Source: Cenococcum geophilum (lineage: Eukaryota). From it: a stretch of DNA of 64,000 bases. This document shows positions 47,255 through 59,987 of the stretch, piece by piece (positions within the stretch are counted from its first letter, which is position 1; each line of letters begins with the position of its first letter). The stretch spans positions 15,004,001 to 15,068,000 of the forward strand of contig CP158635.1 of the NCBI GenBank assembly GCA_050273025.1. The letters are read 5' to 3'. A program made the translations under genes and the position numbers. The notes under the pieces are model-generated. The model searched no databases, had not been told where the DNA came from, and worked only from the letters and a program-made list of their open reading frames with translations.

Positions 47255-49916
47255 AGTGTTTATAGCTTAGATAAGCGCCTACTTAGTTACTAAGCCGCAT
47301 ATAATATATATAACCCCTATTAATATTTGCGGATATCTACAGCTAAGCCTATAGCTAAGCCGTGGACATCTTTAAATGTCTTTACCCCTACTAATCGAGT
47401 TGCTAATACGCGCGTACTATTAGCCTATTGGCCTAGCCGTGCGCCCGTTTATTTACCCTATACGGTAAAATTACTTATTTAATAGGTATATTTTCTCTAC
47501 CTCTCCTCCCTAGTTTATATCTGCGTATATAGGAAAATAAAAACCCCCCCTTAGGGCGCAGCTTCTCTAGCAGCGTCCTATATATCTTAAAAATGCCATT
47601 AATTAGTCGCGTAAAAATTAACGTTATAAATAATACCGAACTACGCGCTAACGCGTAGAGTATCTTTTTCCTTATATATTCTAAGAGACCTAAAAATACG
47701 TCTCTAAATTAGAAGCTAAAGTAAAAAGAGTTTAAGGTAAGTAGGTAGGTGCTTTACGGAGTAGTATACTTATAACTAACGCGTGTCTTCCTAGGCCTTT
47801 TATAAGCGGAAGTAGTACTATAACAGTAATACTATTACGGAAGAGAAGCTACTTCTTTTCCTTATTAAGGAGGTTATAGGCCGGCTACTAAAAGTAAAAA
47901 GCTATAAGGCTAGTAATAATATGCCCTAGGATAAAACGCGGCTCTTCTAGCGCTTAGTTTATAATTATATTACTACCTTAATAGACCTCTACCGGACGTA
48001 GAAGGGTATAGGGATAAATAGCCACTAGTCCCCGCGGGAGGATAACATTAGGAATTACCTAAAGGTTTTATAATAGAGAGACGCGTAGTAGGAAAAGGAG
48101 TAGTTTATAGATAAGGGTAGGGATATACTGCTTAACGGATATATAAAGGACGAGTTTAAGAGCGTTTACTGCGAGCTATAGGCCTATAGAGACTCCTTAT
48201 TAAAATACTACCTTTATACGCTTATAGATATTCTACTAGGCCACTATATACTTACCCGCGGCGGTAATAGGCGCTCCGCTAAGATCTTAAACCTATTTAC
48301 CTTTAAGTTTAAGGGGGAAGGTCCTACGCGCTATATGCCCCTAATATTTACTATACGCGCCAGTAAGTAGAACTAGTATAGCCGCCTTTAGACTATTAGA
48401 GCTCTATATAATAAAAAGCCGCTTATTTATATATTTAGCGGGCTAGCTTTTTACCTCCTATATTACTAGGACTTTAGCGACAAGCTATTCCTAAACTTTA
48501 GTAAGCGGTTAGTGTAGTATAATATCCGCCTAATTAAGAGCAGTGCTGGGGACTATAAGACGGCCTTTTTATACAACTTATAGTGGAAGTAGATTACTAA
48601 GGTATTCTAAGCTATTGGCGTCTTCTTATAGAAGAAAACCTATATTAGGTAAAGCGCTAGCGCTAAAATAGCGGAGCTAAAAGGGGTTAGTAAGGATTAT
48701 ATTAAACGCGCTAGCAGGTAAAACTAGAAGTAGATAGTTAGCTATTATTTAAACTTACTACCGCGGGAGTTTATACGGATAATAGCCGGCTATTTACTAT
48801 AAATAGGCTGCTTTAAGATTTATAGGGTAAGCGTCGCCCCCCCTAATATACTACTATTGACGATCTAGCCAGAGCTAGACATCTAAAAGGGTTAGTTTAG
48901 CCCTTAAGTTAGCTAAGTTAATAACCTTGCGGCTATAGGCGCCATAAACCTCCTGTTTTATCTCTAGGAGGTTATCCTATAGGACTTAGTAGTCCTCCGC
49001 AAGATATCCCTAAGTAGCCCTATATAGAACTACCCGGTCTTTTAGTATAAGGCCTATCTACCCTTTACGTAGAAGGTTAAAGCCTATCTATAATAGGAGG
49101 AAGAAGGCCTTAGCTAGTTATTAATACTTTACTAGGCTATACTAGCTATTATAAACCGCCTAAAGACTATAGACGCCCGAGCACGTAAGCTATAGGTATT
49201 ATTTAACCGTATAGCTAAGTCCTAGTAGGCGCAGTCTTTATAGCTTTAATTACTTACATCTAGCAGCCTTACCTTTTAGCTTAAGGTCCCTTTAGTATTT
49301 ATATATTCGCGTCTAATAGTATACTTACTAATAGTATGTCTATTAACGGCATACCTACTAGCGCCTTTATCTATTACGGAATTAAGCTAGGATATATTAG
49401 CCTAGGTAAGTACTATAACTTCCCCTTTACTAGCGCCGCTATAGCTATAGCTATAGCTATAGCCGTAGTAAAGGCCTAAGCCTAAGTAGCCGCCTAAGTA
49501 GCCGCCCGTATATTATATATGCTATATAGTAAAGTCTATATAGGCCCTTTGGCGCAAGTAGACTAAAAGGCTTAAAAGTAATCCTTCTATAGTAGCGTTA
49601 GATTCTAAATAGGGTAGTAAATAGCGGGCTGGCTAGTAGAATAAGCTCTAATAGTACTCCCTATGGCTTAAGGTTATTAAGGAGATTAGGCAGGTTATAT
49701 AGGCCTAAAGGGTTAGCGAGGAAGCGGCTATATAGTAGGTTAATTAATAGTAGGAGCGGATATAGTACTTATTAGATTAGCTTTGTAAACGGCTTTAAGT
49801 AGGTAAAAAAGCTTTAAAATAGTATATATATCTAACTTCTAAGAAGTCCTCTTAAAGCCTTTATCTATAGCCCCTTAGGGGCTTATTTTAGTATAGTATA
49901 AGTTTAGTAGGGTACT
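47255..49916 (+). mobile_element. Crypton copy 3 (ORF relic ~47593-49820)
   Basis: Collinear with copies 1 and 2. Ends at TATATA and joins a truncated M element instead of the tail. Confidence 0.9.
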
Positions 49917-49924
49917 TATATAGT

Positions 49925-50303
49925 AATATATACAACTAGCTTCTACCCCCCCCTTAGTAAAAGCTCTAAAATTTTATATTTGGTACGCGTATTTAATCTC
50001 GCCTAATTGCTACTAACTATATATAGTAATTATAGCGAAGCTGTATACCTTAGCTGCAAGAACCTTACTTCTATAGTATTATAATCTTTATTAATATTAT
50101 AAGGTTTCCACCCCTATAATATTGCTAAATTTTATTAATAAGTGCAGAGATATCGTTATATTTGCGTTTTAGTAGGGGTATAGGCAAAAGAGAAAGCGTA
50201 TATTAAGGAAGCGTGCGTTAAGCAAGCTCTAAATTGCTTTAATTTAATTCCCCTAGCTAACTAGGGCGATTCCCTAGGGCAACTAAAAAGGTCCTTATGT
50301 ATA
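49925..50303. mobile_element. Truncated, diverged M-family TIR element (one TIR)
   Basis: Homologous to 53230-53610. Cut off where Crypton copy 4 begins. Confidence 0.8.
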
Positions 50304-50305
50304 TA

Positions 50306-52969
50306 GTGGTGTTTACGGCTTAGCTAAGCGCCTGCTTAGTTACTAAGCTATATATAATATATATAACCCCCGTTAACATTTACGGATATTTATAGCTAAG
50401 CCTATAGCCAAGCCGTAGACATCTTTAAATATCTTTACCCCTACTAATTAAGTCGCTAATACGCGCGTACTATTAGCCTATTAGCCCAGCTATGCGCCCG
50501 TTTATTTACCCTATACAGTAAGGTCACTTATCTAGTAAATATGCTTTCTCTACCTCTCCTCCCTAGTCTATATCTGCGTATATAGGAAAATAGGAACCCC
50601 CCCTTATAGCGCAGCTTCTCTAGCAGCGTCCTATATATCTTAAAAATGCCATTAATTAGTCGCGTAAAGATTAACGTCGTAAATAATACCGAACTATATA
50701 CTAACGCGCAGAGTATTCTTACCCTTATACGTTTTAAGAGACCTAAAAATATATCTTTAAATTATAAGCTAAAGCAGAAAGAGTTTAAGGTAAATAGGTA
50801 GGTGCTTTATAAAGTAGTATACTTATAACTAACACGCGTCTTCCTAGGCCTTTTATAAGCGGAAGCAGTACTATAACAGTAATACTATTACAGAAGAGAA
50901 GCTACTTTTTTTCTTTATTAAGGAGGTTATAGGCTAGCCATTAAAAGGAAAAAGCTGTAAGGCCAGTAATAACGTACCCTAAGATGAGACGCGGCTCTCC
51001 TAGCGCTTAATTCGCGGCTACGTTACTACTTTAATAGACCTCTACCGGACGTAGAAGGGTATAGGGATAAATAGCCACTAGTTCCCGCGGGAGAATAATA
51101 TTAGGAATTACTTAAAGGTTTTATAACAGAGGGATGCGCAGTAAAAAAAGAAGCAGTTTATAGATAAGGGTAGAGATATACTACTTAATAGATATACAGA
51201 GGATAAGTTTAAGAGCGTCTGCCGCGAGCTATAGGCCCACAAAGACTCCTTACTAAAATACTACCTCCGCACGCTTATAGATATCCTACTAGGCTACTAT
51301 ATACTTACCTACGGCGGCAATAGGCGCTCCGCTAAGATCTTAGACCTATTTACCTTTAAGTTTAAGGGGGAAGGTCCTATACGCTATATACCCCTAATAT
51401 TTACTATACGCGCCAGTAAGTAAAACCAGTATAGCCGCCTTAAGACTATTAGAGCTCTACGTAATAAGAAGCCGCTCGTCTATATACTTAGTAGGCTAGC
51501 TTTCTACCTCTTATACCGCTAGGACTTTAGTAATAAGCTATTCCCAGACTTTAGTAAGCGGTTAGTATAGTATAATATCCGCCTAATTAAGAGCAGCGCT
51601 AGGGACCGTAAGACGGCCTTCTCGTATAACTTACAGCGGGAGTAGGTTACTAAGGCATTCTAGGCCGTCAGCGTCTTTTTATAAAAGAAGACCCATATTA
51701 GGCGAAGCGCTAGCGCTAAAACAGCGGAGCTAAAAAGGGTTAGTGAGGACTAGATTAAATACGCTAGCAGGTAAAACTAAAAGCAGATAGTTGGCTGCTA
51801 CTTAAACTTGCTGCTGCGGGAGTTTATACGGACAATGGCCGGCTATTCGCCGTAAATAGGCTGCTTTAAGATTTATAGGGTAAGCGTTGTCCCCCCTAAC
51901 GTACTACTATTAACGATCTAGCTAGAGCTGGACGTCTAAAAGGGTTAGTTTAGCCCTTAGGTTAGTTAGGTTAATAACCTCGCAGCTATAGGCGCTATAA
52001 ACCTCCTATTTTATCTTCGGGAGGTTATCCTATAGGACTTAGTAGTCCTCCGTAAGATATTCCTAAGCAGCCCTATATAGAACCACCCGGTCTTCTAGTA
52101 TAAGGCCTATCTACCCTTTATACGGAAGGTCGAAGCCTACCTATAGTAGGAGGAAGAAGGCCCTAGCTAGCTATTAATACTCTACTAGGCCGTGCTAGCT
52201 ATTATAGACCGCTTAAAAACTATAAATACCTAAGTACGCGAGCTATAGGCGTTATTTAACCGTATAGCTGAGTCCTAATAGGCGCAGTCTTTATAGCTTT
52301 AATTACTTATATCTAGCAGCCTTACCTTTTAGCTTAAGGTCCCTTTAGCATCTATATATTTACGTCTAATAATATACCTACTAATAGTATATCTACTAAT
52401 AGTATGTCTACTAGCGCCTCTATTTATTACGGAATTAAGCTAGAATATATTAGCCTAGGTAAGCGCTATAGCTTCCCCTTTGCTAGCGCCGCCGTAGCTA
52501 TAGCTATAGCTATAGCTATAGTAAGGGCCTAAGCCTAAGCAGCCGTCTAAGTAGCCGCCCGTATATTATATATGCTATATAGTAAAGTCTATATAGGCCC
52601 TTTAGCGCAAGTAGACTAAAGGGCTTAGAGGTAATCCTTTTATAGTAGCGCTAGATTCTAAATAGGGTAGTAGATAGCGGGCTAGCTAATAAAATAAGCT
52701 CTAATAGTACTTCCTATAGCTTAAGGTTATTAAGGAAATTAGGTAGGTTACGTAGGCCTAAAGGGTTAGTAAGGAAGCGGCTATATAGTAGGTTAATTAA
52801 TAGCAGGAGCGGATATAGTGCTTACTAGATTAGCTTTATAAACGGCTTTAAGTAGATAAAAAAGCTTTAAAATAGTATATATATCTAACTTTTAAGGAGT
52901 CCTCTTAAAGCCTTTATCTATAGCCCCTTAGGGGCTTATTTTAGTGCGGTATAAGTTTAATAGGGTACT
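50306..52969 (+). mobile_element. Crypton copy 4 (ORF relic ~50646-52875)
   Basis: Collinear and somewhat less RIP-eroded (e.g. cggacaatggccggctattcgccg). Tail at 52976-53229. Confidence 0.9.
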
Positions 52970-53229
52970 TATATAATAGCGGTGCCTAATCTAAAACGCA
53001 AATATCTCTATTAACCTATGGCTAATTCTTACTATCCTAGTACGAGTAAAGAGCCCCTAGATAGCTCTACGTATAGCGCTTAACGGGTATTAAGAGCGCG
53101 ATATTACTATAGTATTGCTGGCGATTAAAGATCAACCGTAGATATAGGGTAATATTTATATGCTATTAAGCGTACGGGCCTCCTACCTACTAAATCGTGA
53201 CTTAGCGGCTAATTTAGCTATATACTATT

Positions 53230-53717
53230 AATATGCATAACCAGCTTCTACCCCCCCCTTTAGTAAGGGCTCTAAAATTTTAAATTCGGTACGCGTATCC
53301 AATCTCGCCTGGTTGCCACCAACTATATATAATAATTATAGCGAAGCCGCATACTTGGCTATAAGAACTTTAGTTCTACAATATTATAATCTTCGTTAAT
53401 ATTATAGGTTTCCACCCGTATAACATTGCCAAATTTTATTAGCAATTACGGAGACGGCTTTATATTCGCGTTTTGGCGGAGGTATAAGTAAAAGAGAAAG
53501 CGTACGTTAAGGAAATATATATTAGGGGAGCGTTATTAAGTAAGTTCTAAATTTAATTCTCCTAGCTAACTAGAATAATTCTCTATAGTAACCAAAATGG
53601 TCCTTATATATAGCTATAACCGTTTACTACAATTACTAGCGAGATTAGATACGCGTACCGAATTTAAAATTTTAGAGCACTTGCTAAAGGGGGGGGTGGA
53701 AGCTAGTTGTGTACATT
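53230..53717. mobile_element. M-family TIR element (M2) at the palindrome centre, inverted relative to M1
   Basis: Reverse complement of 35023-35513. Flanks are symmetric: tatactatt | M2 | aatagtata. Confidence 0.85.
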
Positions 53718-53995
53718 AATAGTATATTTACGGTTTAATTTATATAGCTAAATTAGCCGCTAAGTTATAATTTAGCAGGTAAGAGGCCCGTGCGCTTAGT
53801 AGTATATAGATATTACCCTATATTTATAGTCAATCTTTAATCGCCAGTAACGCCGCAGTAACGTTGCACTTTTAATACCCGTTAAGCGCTATGCGTAGAG
53901 CTATCTGGGGGCTCTCTACTCGCACTAGAATAGTAAGAATTAGCCGTAGGTTAATAGAGATATTTGCGTTTTAGATTAGGCGCCGCTATTATATA

Positions 53996-56659
53996 AGTAC
54001 CCTACTAAACTTATACCGCACTAAAATAAGCCCCTAAGAGGCTATAGATAAAGGCTTTAAGAGGACTTTTTAGAAGTTAGATATATATACTATTTTAAAG
54101 CTTTTTTACCCACTTAAAGCTGTTTATAAAGCTAATTTAGTAAGTATTATATCCGCTCTTACTGTTAATTAACCTACTATATAGCCGCTTCCTTACTAAT
54201 TCTTTAGGCCTATATAACCCACCTAATCTCCTTAATAACCTTAAGCTATAGGGAGTATTATTAGAGCTTATTTTGCTAGCTAGCCCGCTATCTACTGCCC
54301 TATTTAGAATCTAACGCTACTATAAAAGGATTACCTCTAAGCCCTTTAGTCTACTTGCGCTAAAGGGCCTATATAGACTTTATTATACGGCATATATAAT
54401 ATGCGGGCGGCTACTTAGGCAGCTACTTAGGCTTAGGCCCTTACTATAGCTATAACTATAGCTATAGCTACGGCGGCGCTAGTAAAGGGGAAGCTATAGC
54501 GCTTACCCGGGCTAATATATCCTAGCTTAATTTTATAATAGATAGAGGCGCTAGTGGACGTACTATTAGTAAACATGCCGTTAGTAAGTATATTATTAAA
54601 CGCAAATATATAAATGCCGAAGGGACCTTAAGCTAAAAGGTAAGGCTGCTAAATATAAGCAATTAAAGCTATAAAGACTGCGCCTACTGGGACTCGGCTA
54701 TACGGTTAAACAACGCCTATAGCTCGCGTACTTAGGTATCTATAGTCTTTAGGCGGTTTATAATAGCCGGCATGGCCTAGTAGAGTATTAATAGCTAGCT
54801 AGGGCCTTCTTCCTCCTACTATAGGTAGGCTTTAACCTTCTGCGTAAAGGGTAAATAGGCCTTATACTAGAAGACCGGGTGGTTCTATATAGGGCTGCTT
54901 AGGAATATCTCGCGGAGGACTACTAAGTCCTATAGAATAACCTTTTGGAGATAAAATAAGAGGTTTATAATGCCTATAGCCGTAAGGTTATTAACCTAGC
55001 TAACCTAAGGGCTAAACTAACCCTTTTAGATGTCTAGCTCTGGCTAGATTGTTAATAGTAGTATATTAGAGGGGGCGATGCTTGCCCTATAAATCTTAAA
55101 GCAGTCTATTTACGGCGAATAGCCGGCTATTATCTATATAAACTCCCGCGGTAGCAAGTTTAAGTAGTAGCTAACTATTTACTCCTGGTTTTACCTACTA
55201 GCGCGTCTAATCTAGTCCTTACTAACCTCTTTTAGCTTTACTATCTTAGCGCTAGCGCTTTACCTAATATAGGTCTTCTTCTATAAGAAGACGCTAACGG
55301 CCTAAAATACCTTAGTAACCTACTCCCGCTGCGAGTTATATAAGAAGGCCGTCTTATAGTCCCTAGCGCTACTTTTAATTAGGCGGATATTATACTACGC
55401 TACCCGCTTGCTAAAGTCTAGGAATGGCTTATTACTAAGGTCCTAGTAGTATAGAAGGTAGAAAGCTAGCCCGCTAAGTATATAGATGAGCGGCTTCTTA
55501 TTACGTAGAGCTTTAATAGTCTTAAGGCGGCTATACTAGTTCTGCTTACTAGCGTATATAGTAAATATTAGGGGTATATAGCGTATAGGACCTTTCTCCT
55601 TAAACTTAAAGATAAATAGGTCTAAGATCTTAGCGGAGCGCCTATTACCGCCGCGGGTAAGTATATAGTGGCCTAGTAGAATATCTATAAGCATACGGAG
55701 GTAGTATTCTAGTAAGGAGTCTCCGTGGGCCTATAGCTCGCGGTAGATGCTCTTAAACTTGTCCTTTATATATCTATTAAGTAGTATATCTTTACCCTTA
55801 TTTATAAACTGCTCCTTTTCCCGCTATATATCCCTCCGTTATAGAACCTTTAGGTAATTCCTAATATTATCCTCCTATAGGGACTAGTGGCTATTTATCC
55901 CTATACCCTTCTGCGTTTGGTAGAGGTCCGTTAGGGTAGTAATATAGCCGCAAACTAAGCGCTAGGAGAGCCGCGTCTCGTCCTAAAGTACGTTATTACT
56001 AGCCTTACAGCTTTTTTCTTTTAGTGGCCGGCCTATAACCTCCTTAACGAGGAAAAGAAGTAGCTTCTCTTCTATAACGGTATCGCCGTTATAGTACTGC
56101 TTCCGCTTATAAAAGGCCTAGGAAGACGCGCGTTAGTTATAAGTATACTACTTTATAAAGCACCTACCTACTTACCTTAAACTCTTTCTACTTTGGCTTA
56201 TAATTTAAAGACGTATTTTTAGGTCTCTTAGAACGCGTAAGGGTAAGGATACTCTACGCGTTAGCGCGTAGTTTGGCATTATTTGTAACGTTAATCTTTA
56301 CGCGACTAATTAATAGCATTTTTAAGATATATAGGACGCTGCTAGAGAAGCTGCGCTATAAGGGGGGGTTCCTATGTTCCTATATACGCAGATATAGACT
56401 AGGGAGAAGAGGTAGAGAAAGTATACCTACTAGATAAGTAATTTTACCGCATAGGGTAAATAAACGGGCGTACGGCTGGGCCAATAAGCTAATAGTACGC
56501 GCGTATTAGCGACTTAATTAGTAGGGGTAAAGACATTTAAAGATATCTACAGCTTAGCTATAAGCTTGGCTATAGACATCCGCGAATATTAATGGGGGTT
56601 ATATATATTATATATGGCTTAGCGACTAAGCGGGCGCTTAGCTAAGCTATAAACACCAC
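53996..56659 (-). mobile_element. Crypton copy 5 (mirror of copy 4; ORF relic ~56319-54090)
   Basis: Reverse complement of copy 4 with the same junction to a truncated M element. Confidence 0.9.
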
Positions 56660-56661
56660 TA

Positions 56662-57040
56662 TACACGTAAGGACCTTTTTAGTTACCCTAGGGAATCGCC
56701 CTAGTTAGCTAGGGGAATTAAATTAAAGCGACTTAAAGCTTACCTAACGCACGCTTCCTTAATATACGCTTCCTCTTTTATCTATACCCCTACTAAAACG
56801 CGAATATAATAATGTTTCTATAATTATTAATGAAATTTGGCAATATTATAGGGGTAGAAACCTTATAATATTAACGAAGATTATAATACTATAGAAGCAA
56901 GGTTCTTGCAGCTAAGGTATATAGCTTCGCTATAATTACTATATACAGTTGGTGGCAATTAGGCGAGATTAAATGCGCGTACTAAATGTAAAATTTTAGA
57001 GCTCTTACTAAGGGGGGGGTAGAAGCTGGTTGTACACATC
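56662..57040. mobile_element. Truncated M-family element (mirror of 49925-50303)
   Basis: Reverse complement with matching breakpoints. Confidence 0.8.
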
Positions 57041-57048
57041 GCTATATA

Positions 57049-59709
57049 AGTACCCTACTAAACTTATACCACACTAAAATAAGCCCCTAAGGGGCTATAG
57101 ATAAAGGCTTTAAGAGGACTTCTTAGAAGTTAGATATATATACTATTTTAAAGCTTTTTTACCTACTTAAAGCCGTTTATAAAGCTAATCTAATAAGTAC
57201 TATATCCACTCCTACTATTAATTAACCTACTATATAGCCGCTTCCTTACTAACCCTTTAGGCCTATATAACCTGCCTAATCTCCTTAATAACCTTAAGCC
57301 GTAGGGAGTACTATTAGAGCTTATTCTACTGGCTAGCCCGCTATTTACTACCCTATTTAGAATCTAACGCTACTATAGAAGGATTACTTTTAAGCCTTTT
57401 AGTCTACTTACGCTAAAGGGCCTATATAGACTTTATTATATAGTATATATAATATGCGGGCGGCTACTTAGGCGGCTACTTAGGCTTAGGCCTTTGCTAC
57501 AGCTATAGCTATAGCTATAGCTATAGCGGCACTAGTAAAGGGGAAGCTATAGTACTTACCTAGGCTAATATATTCTAGCTTAATTCCATAATAGATAAAG
57601 GCGCTAGTAGATATGCCGTTAATAGATATGCTATTAGCAAGTATACTATTAGACGCGAATATATAAATGCTAAAGGGACCTTAAGCTAAAAGGTAAGGCT
57701 GCTAAATATAAGTAATTAAAGCTATAAAGACTGCGCCTACTAGGACTTAGCTATACGGTTAAATAATACCTATAGCTTACGTGCTCGGGCGTCTATAGTC
57801 TTTAGGCGGTTTATAATAGCTAGTATAGCCTAGTAAAGTATTAATAACTAGCTAGGGCCTTCTTCCTCCTATTATAGATAGGCTTTAACCTTCTGCGTAA
57901 AGGGTAGATAGGCCTTATACTAAAAGACCGGGTAGTTCTATATAGGGCTACTTAGGGACATCTTACGGAGGACTACTAAGTCCTATAGGATAACCTCCTA
58001 GAGATAAAATAGGAGGTTTATAGCGCCTATAGCTGCAAGGTTATTAACTTAGCTAACTTAAGGGCTAAACTAACCCTTTTAGATGTCTAGCTCTGGCTAG
58101 ATCGTTAACAGTAGTATATTAGGGGGGGCGACGCTTACCCTATAAATCTTAAAGCAGCCTATTTATAGTAAATAGCCAGCCATTGTCTGTATAAACTCCC
58201 ACGGTAATAAGTTTAAATAATAGCTAACTATCTACTTTTAGTTTTACCTACTAGCGCGTTTAATCTAGTCCTTACTAACCCCTTTTAGCTCCGCTATCTT
58301 AGCGCTAGCGCTTTACCTAATATAGGTTTTCTTCTATAAGAAGACGCCGATAGCTTAGAATACCTTAGCAATTTACTTCCACTATAAGTTGTATAAAAAG
58401 GCCGTCTTATAGTCCCCAGCACTGCTCTTAATTAGGCGGATATTATACTACACTAACCGCTTACTAAAGTTTAGGAATAGCTTGTTGCTAAAGTCCTAGT
58501 AATATAGAAGGTAGAAAGCTAGCCCGCTAAGTATATAAATAAGCGGCTTTTTATTATATAGAGCTCTAATAGTCTTAAGGCGGCTATACTAGTTCTACTT
58601 ACTAGCGCGTATAGTAAATATTAGGGGTATATAGCGCGTAGAACCTTCCCCTTTAAACTTAAAGGTAAATAGGTTTAAGATCTCAGCGGAGCGCCTATCG
58701 CCGCTATAGGTAAGTATATAGTGGCTTAGTAGGATATCTATAAGCGTATAAAAGTAGTATTTTAGTAAGAAGTCTCTATAGGCCTATAGCTCGCGGTAAA
58801 CGCTTTTAAACTTGTCCTCTATATATCCGTTAAGTAGTATATCCCTACCCTTATCTATAAACTACTCTTTTTCCTACTACGCGTCCCTCTATTATAGAAC
58901 CTTTAGGTAATCCCTAATATTATCCTCCTATAGGGACTAGTAGTTATTTATCCCTATACCCTTTTACGTCTAGTAAAGGTCCGTTAGGGTAGTAATATAG
59001 CCGTAAACTAAGCGCTAGGAGAGCCGTGTCTTATCCTAGGGCATATTATTACTAGCCTTACGGCTTTTTACTTTTAGTGGCCGGCCTATAACCTCCTTAA
59101 TAAGAAAAAAAAGTAGCTTCTTTTCTATAACGGTATTACTATTATAATACTGCTTTCGCTTATAAAAGGCCTAGAAAGACGCACGTTAGTTATAAATATA
59201 CTACTTTATAAAGCACCTACTTACTTACCTTAAACTCTTTCTACTTTAGCTTATAATTTAGAGACGTATTTTTAGGTCTTTTAGAATATATAAGGGTAAA
59301 AATACTCTACGTATTAGCGCGTAGTTTAGCATTATTTACAACGTTAATCTTTACGCGACTAATTAATAGCATTTTTAAGATATATAGGACGCTGCTAGAG
59401 AAGCTGCGCCCTAAGGGGGGTTCCTATTTTCCTATATACGCAGATATAGACTAGGGAGAAGAGGTAGAGAAAGCATACCTACTAAATAAGTAATTTTACC
59501 GTATAGGGTAAATAAACGGGCGCATGGCTGGGCTAATAGGCTAATAGTACGCGCGTATTAGCGACTTAATTAGTAGGGGTAAAGATATTTAAAGATATCT
59601 ACGGCTTAGCTGTAGGCTTAGCTATAAATATCCGTAAATATTAATAGGGGTTATATATATTATATATGGCTTAGCGACTAAGCGGGCGCTTAGCTAAGCT
59701 ATAAACACT
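57049..59709 (-). mobile_element. Crypton copy 6 (ORF relic ~59372-57145)
   Basis: Reverse-complement Crypton core at the mirror position of copy 3. Confidence 0.9.
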
Positions 59710-59987
59710 AATAGTATGTCCACGGTTTGATTTATATAGCTAAATTAGCTATTAAGTTATAATTTAGCAGGCAGGAGGCCTATACGCTTAGCGCTATATA
59801 GATATTACCCTATATCTACGGTTAATCTTTAATTACTAGTAACGCCGCAGTAACGTTACGCTCTTAATACCTATTAAGTAGTATATATAAAGCTATCTAA
59901 GGGCTCTTTACTCGCACTAGGATAGTAAGAATTGGCTATAGGTTAATAGAGATATTTACGTTTTAGATTAGGCGCCGCTATTATATA

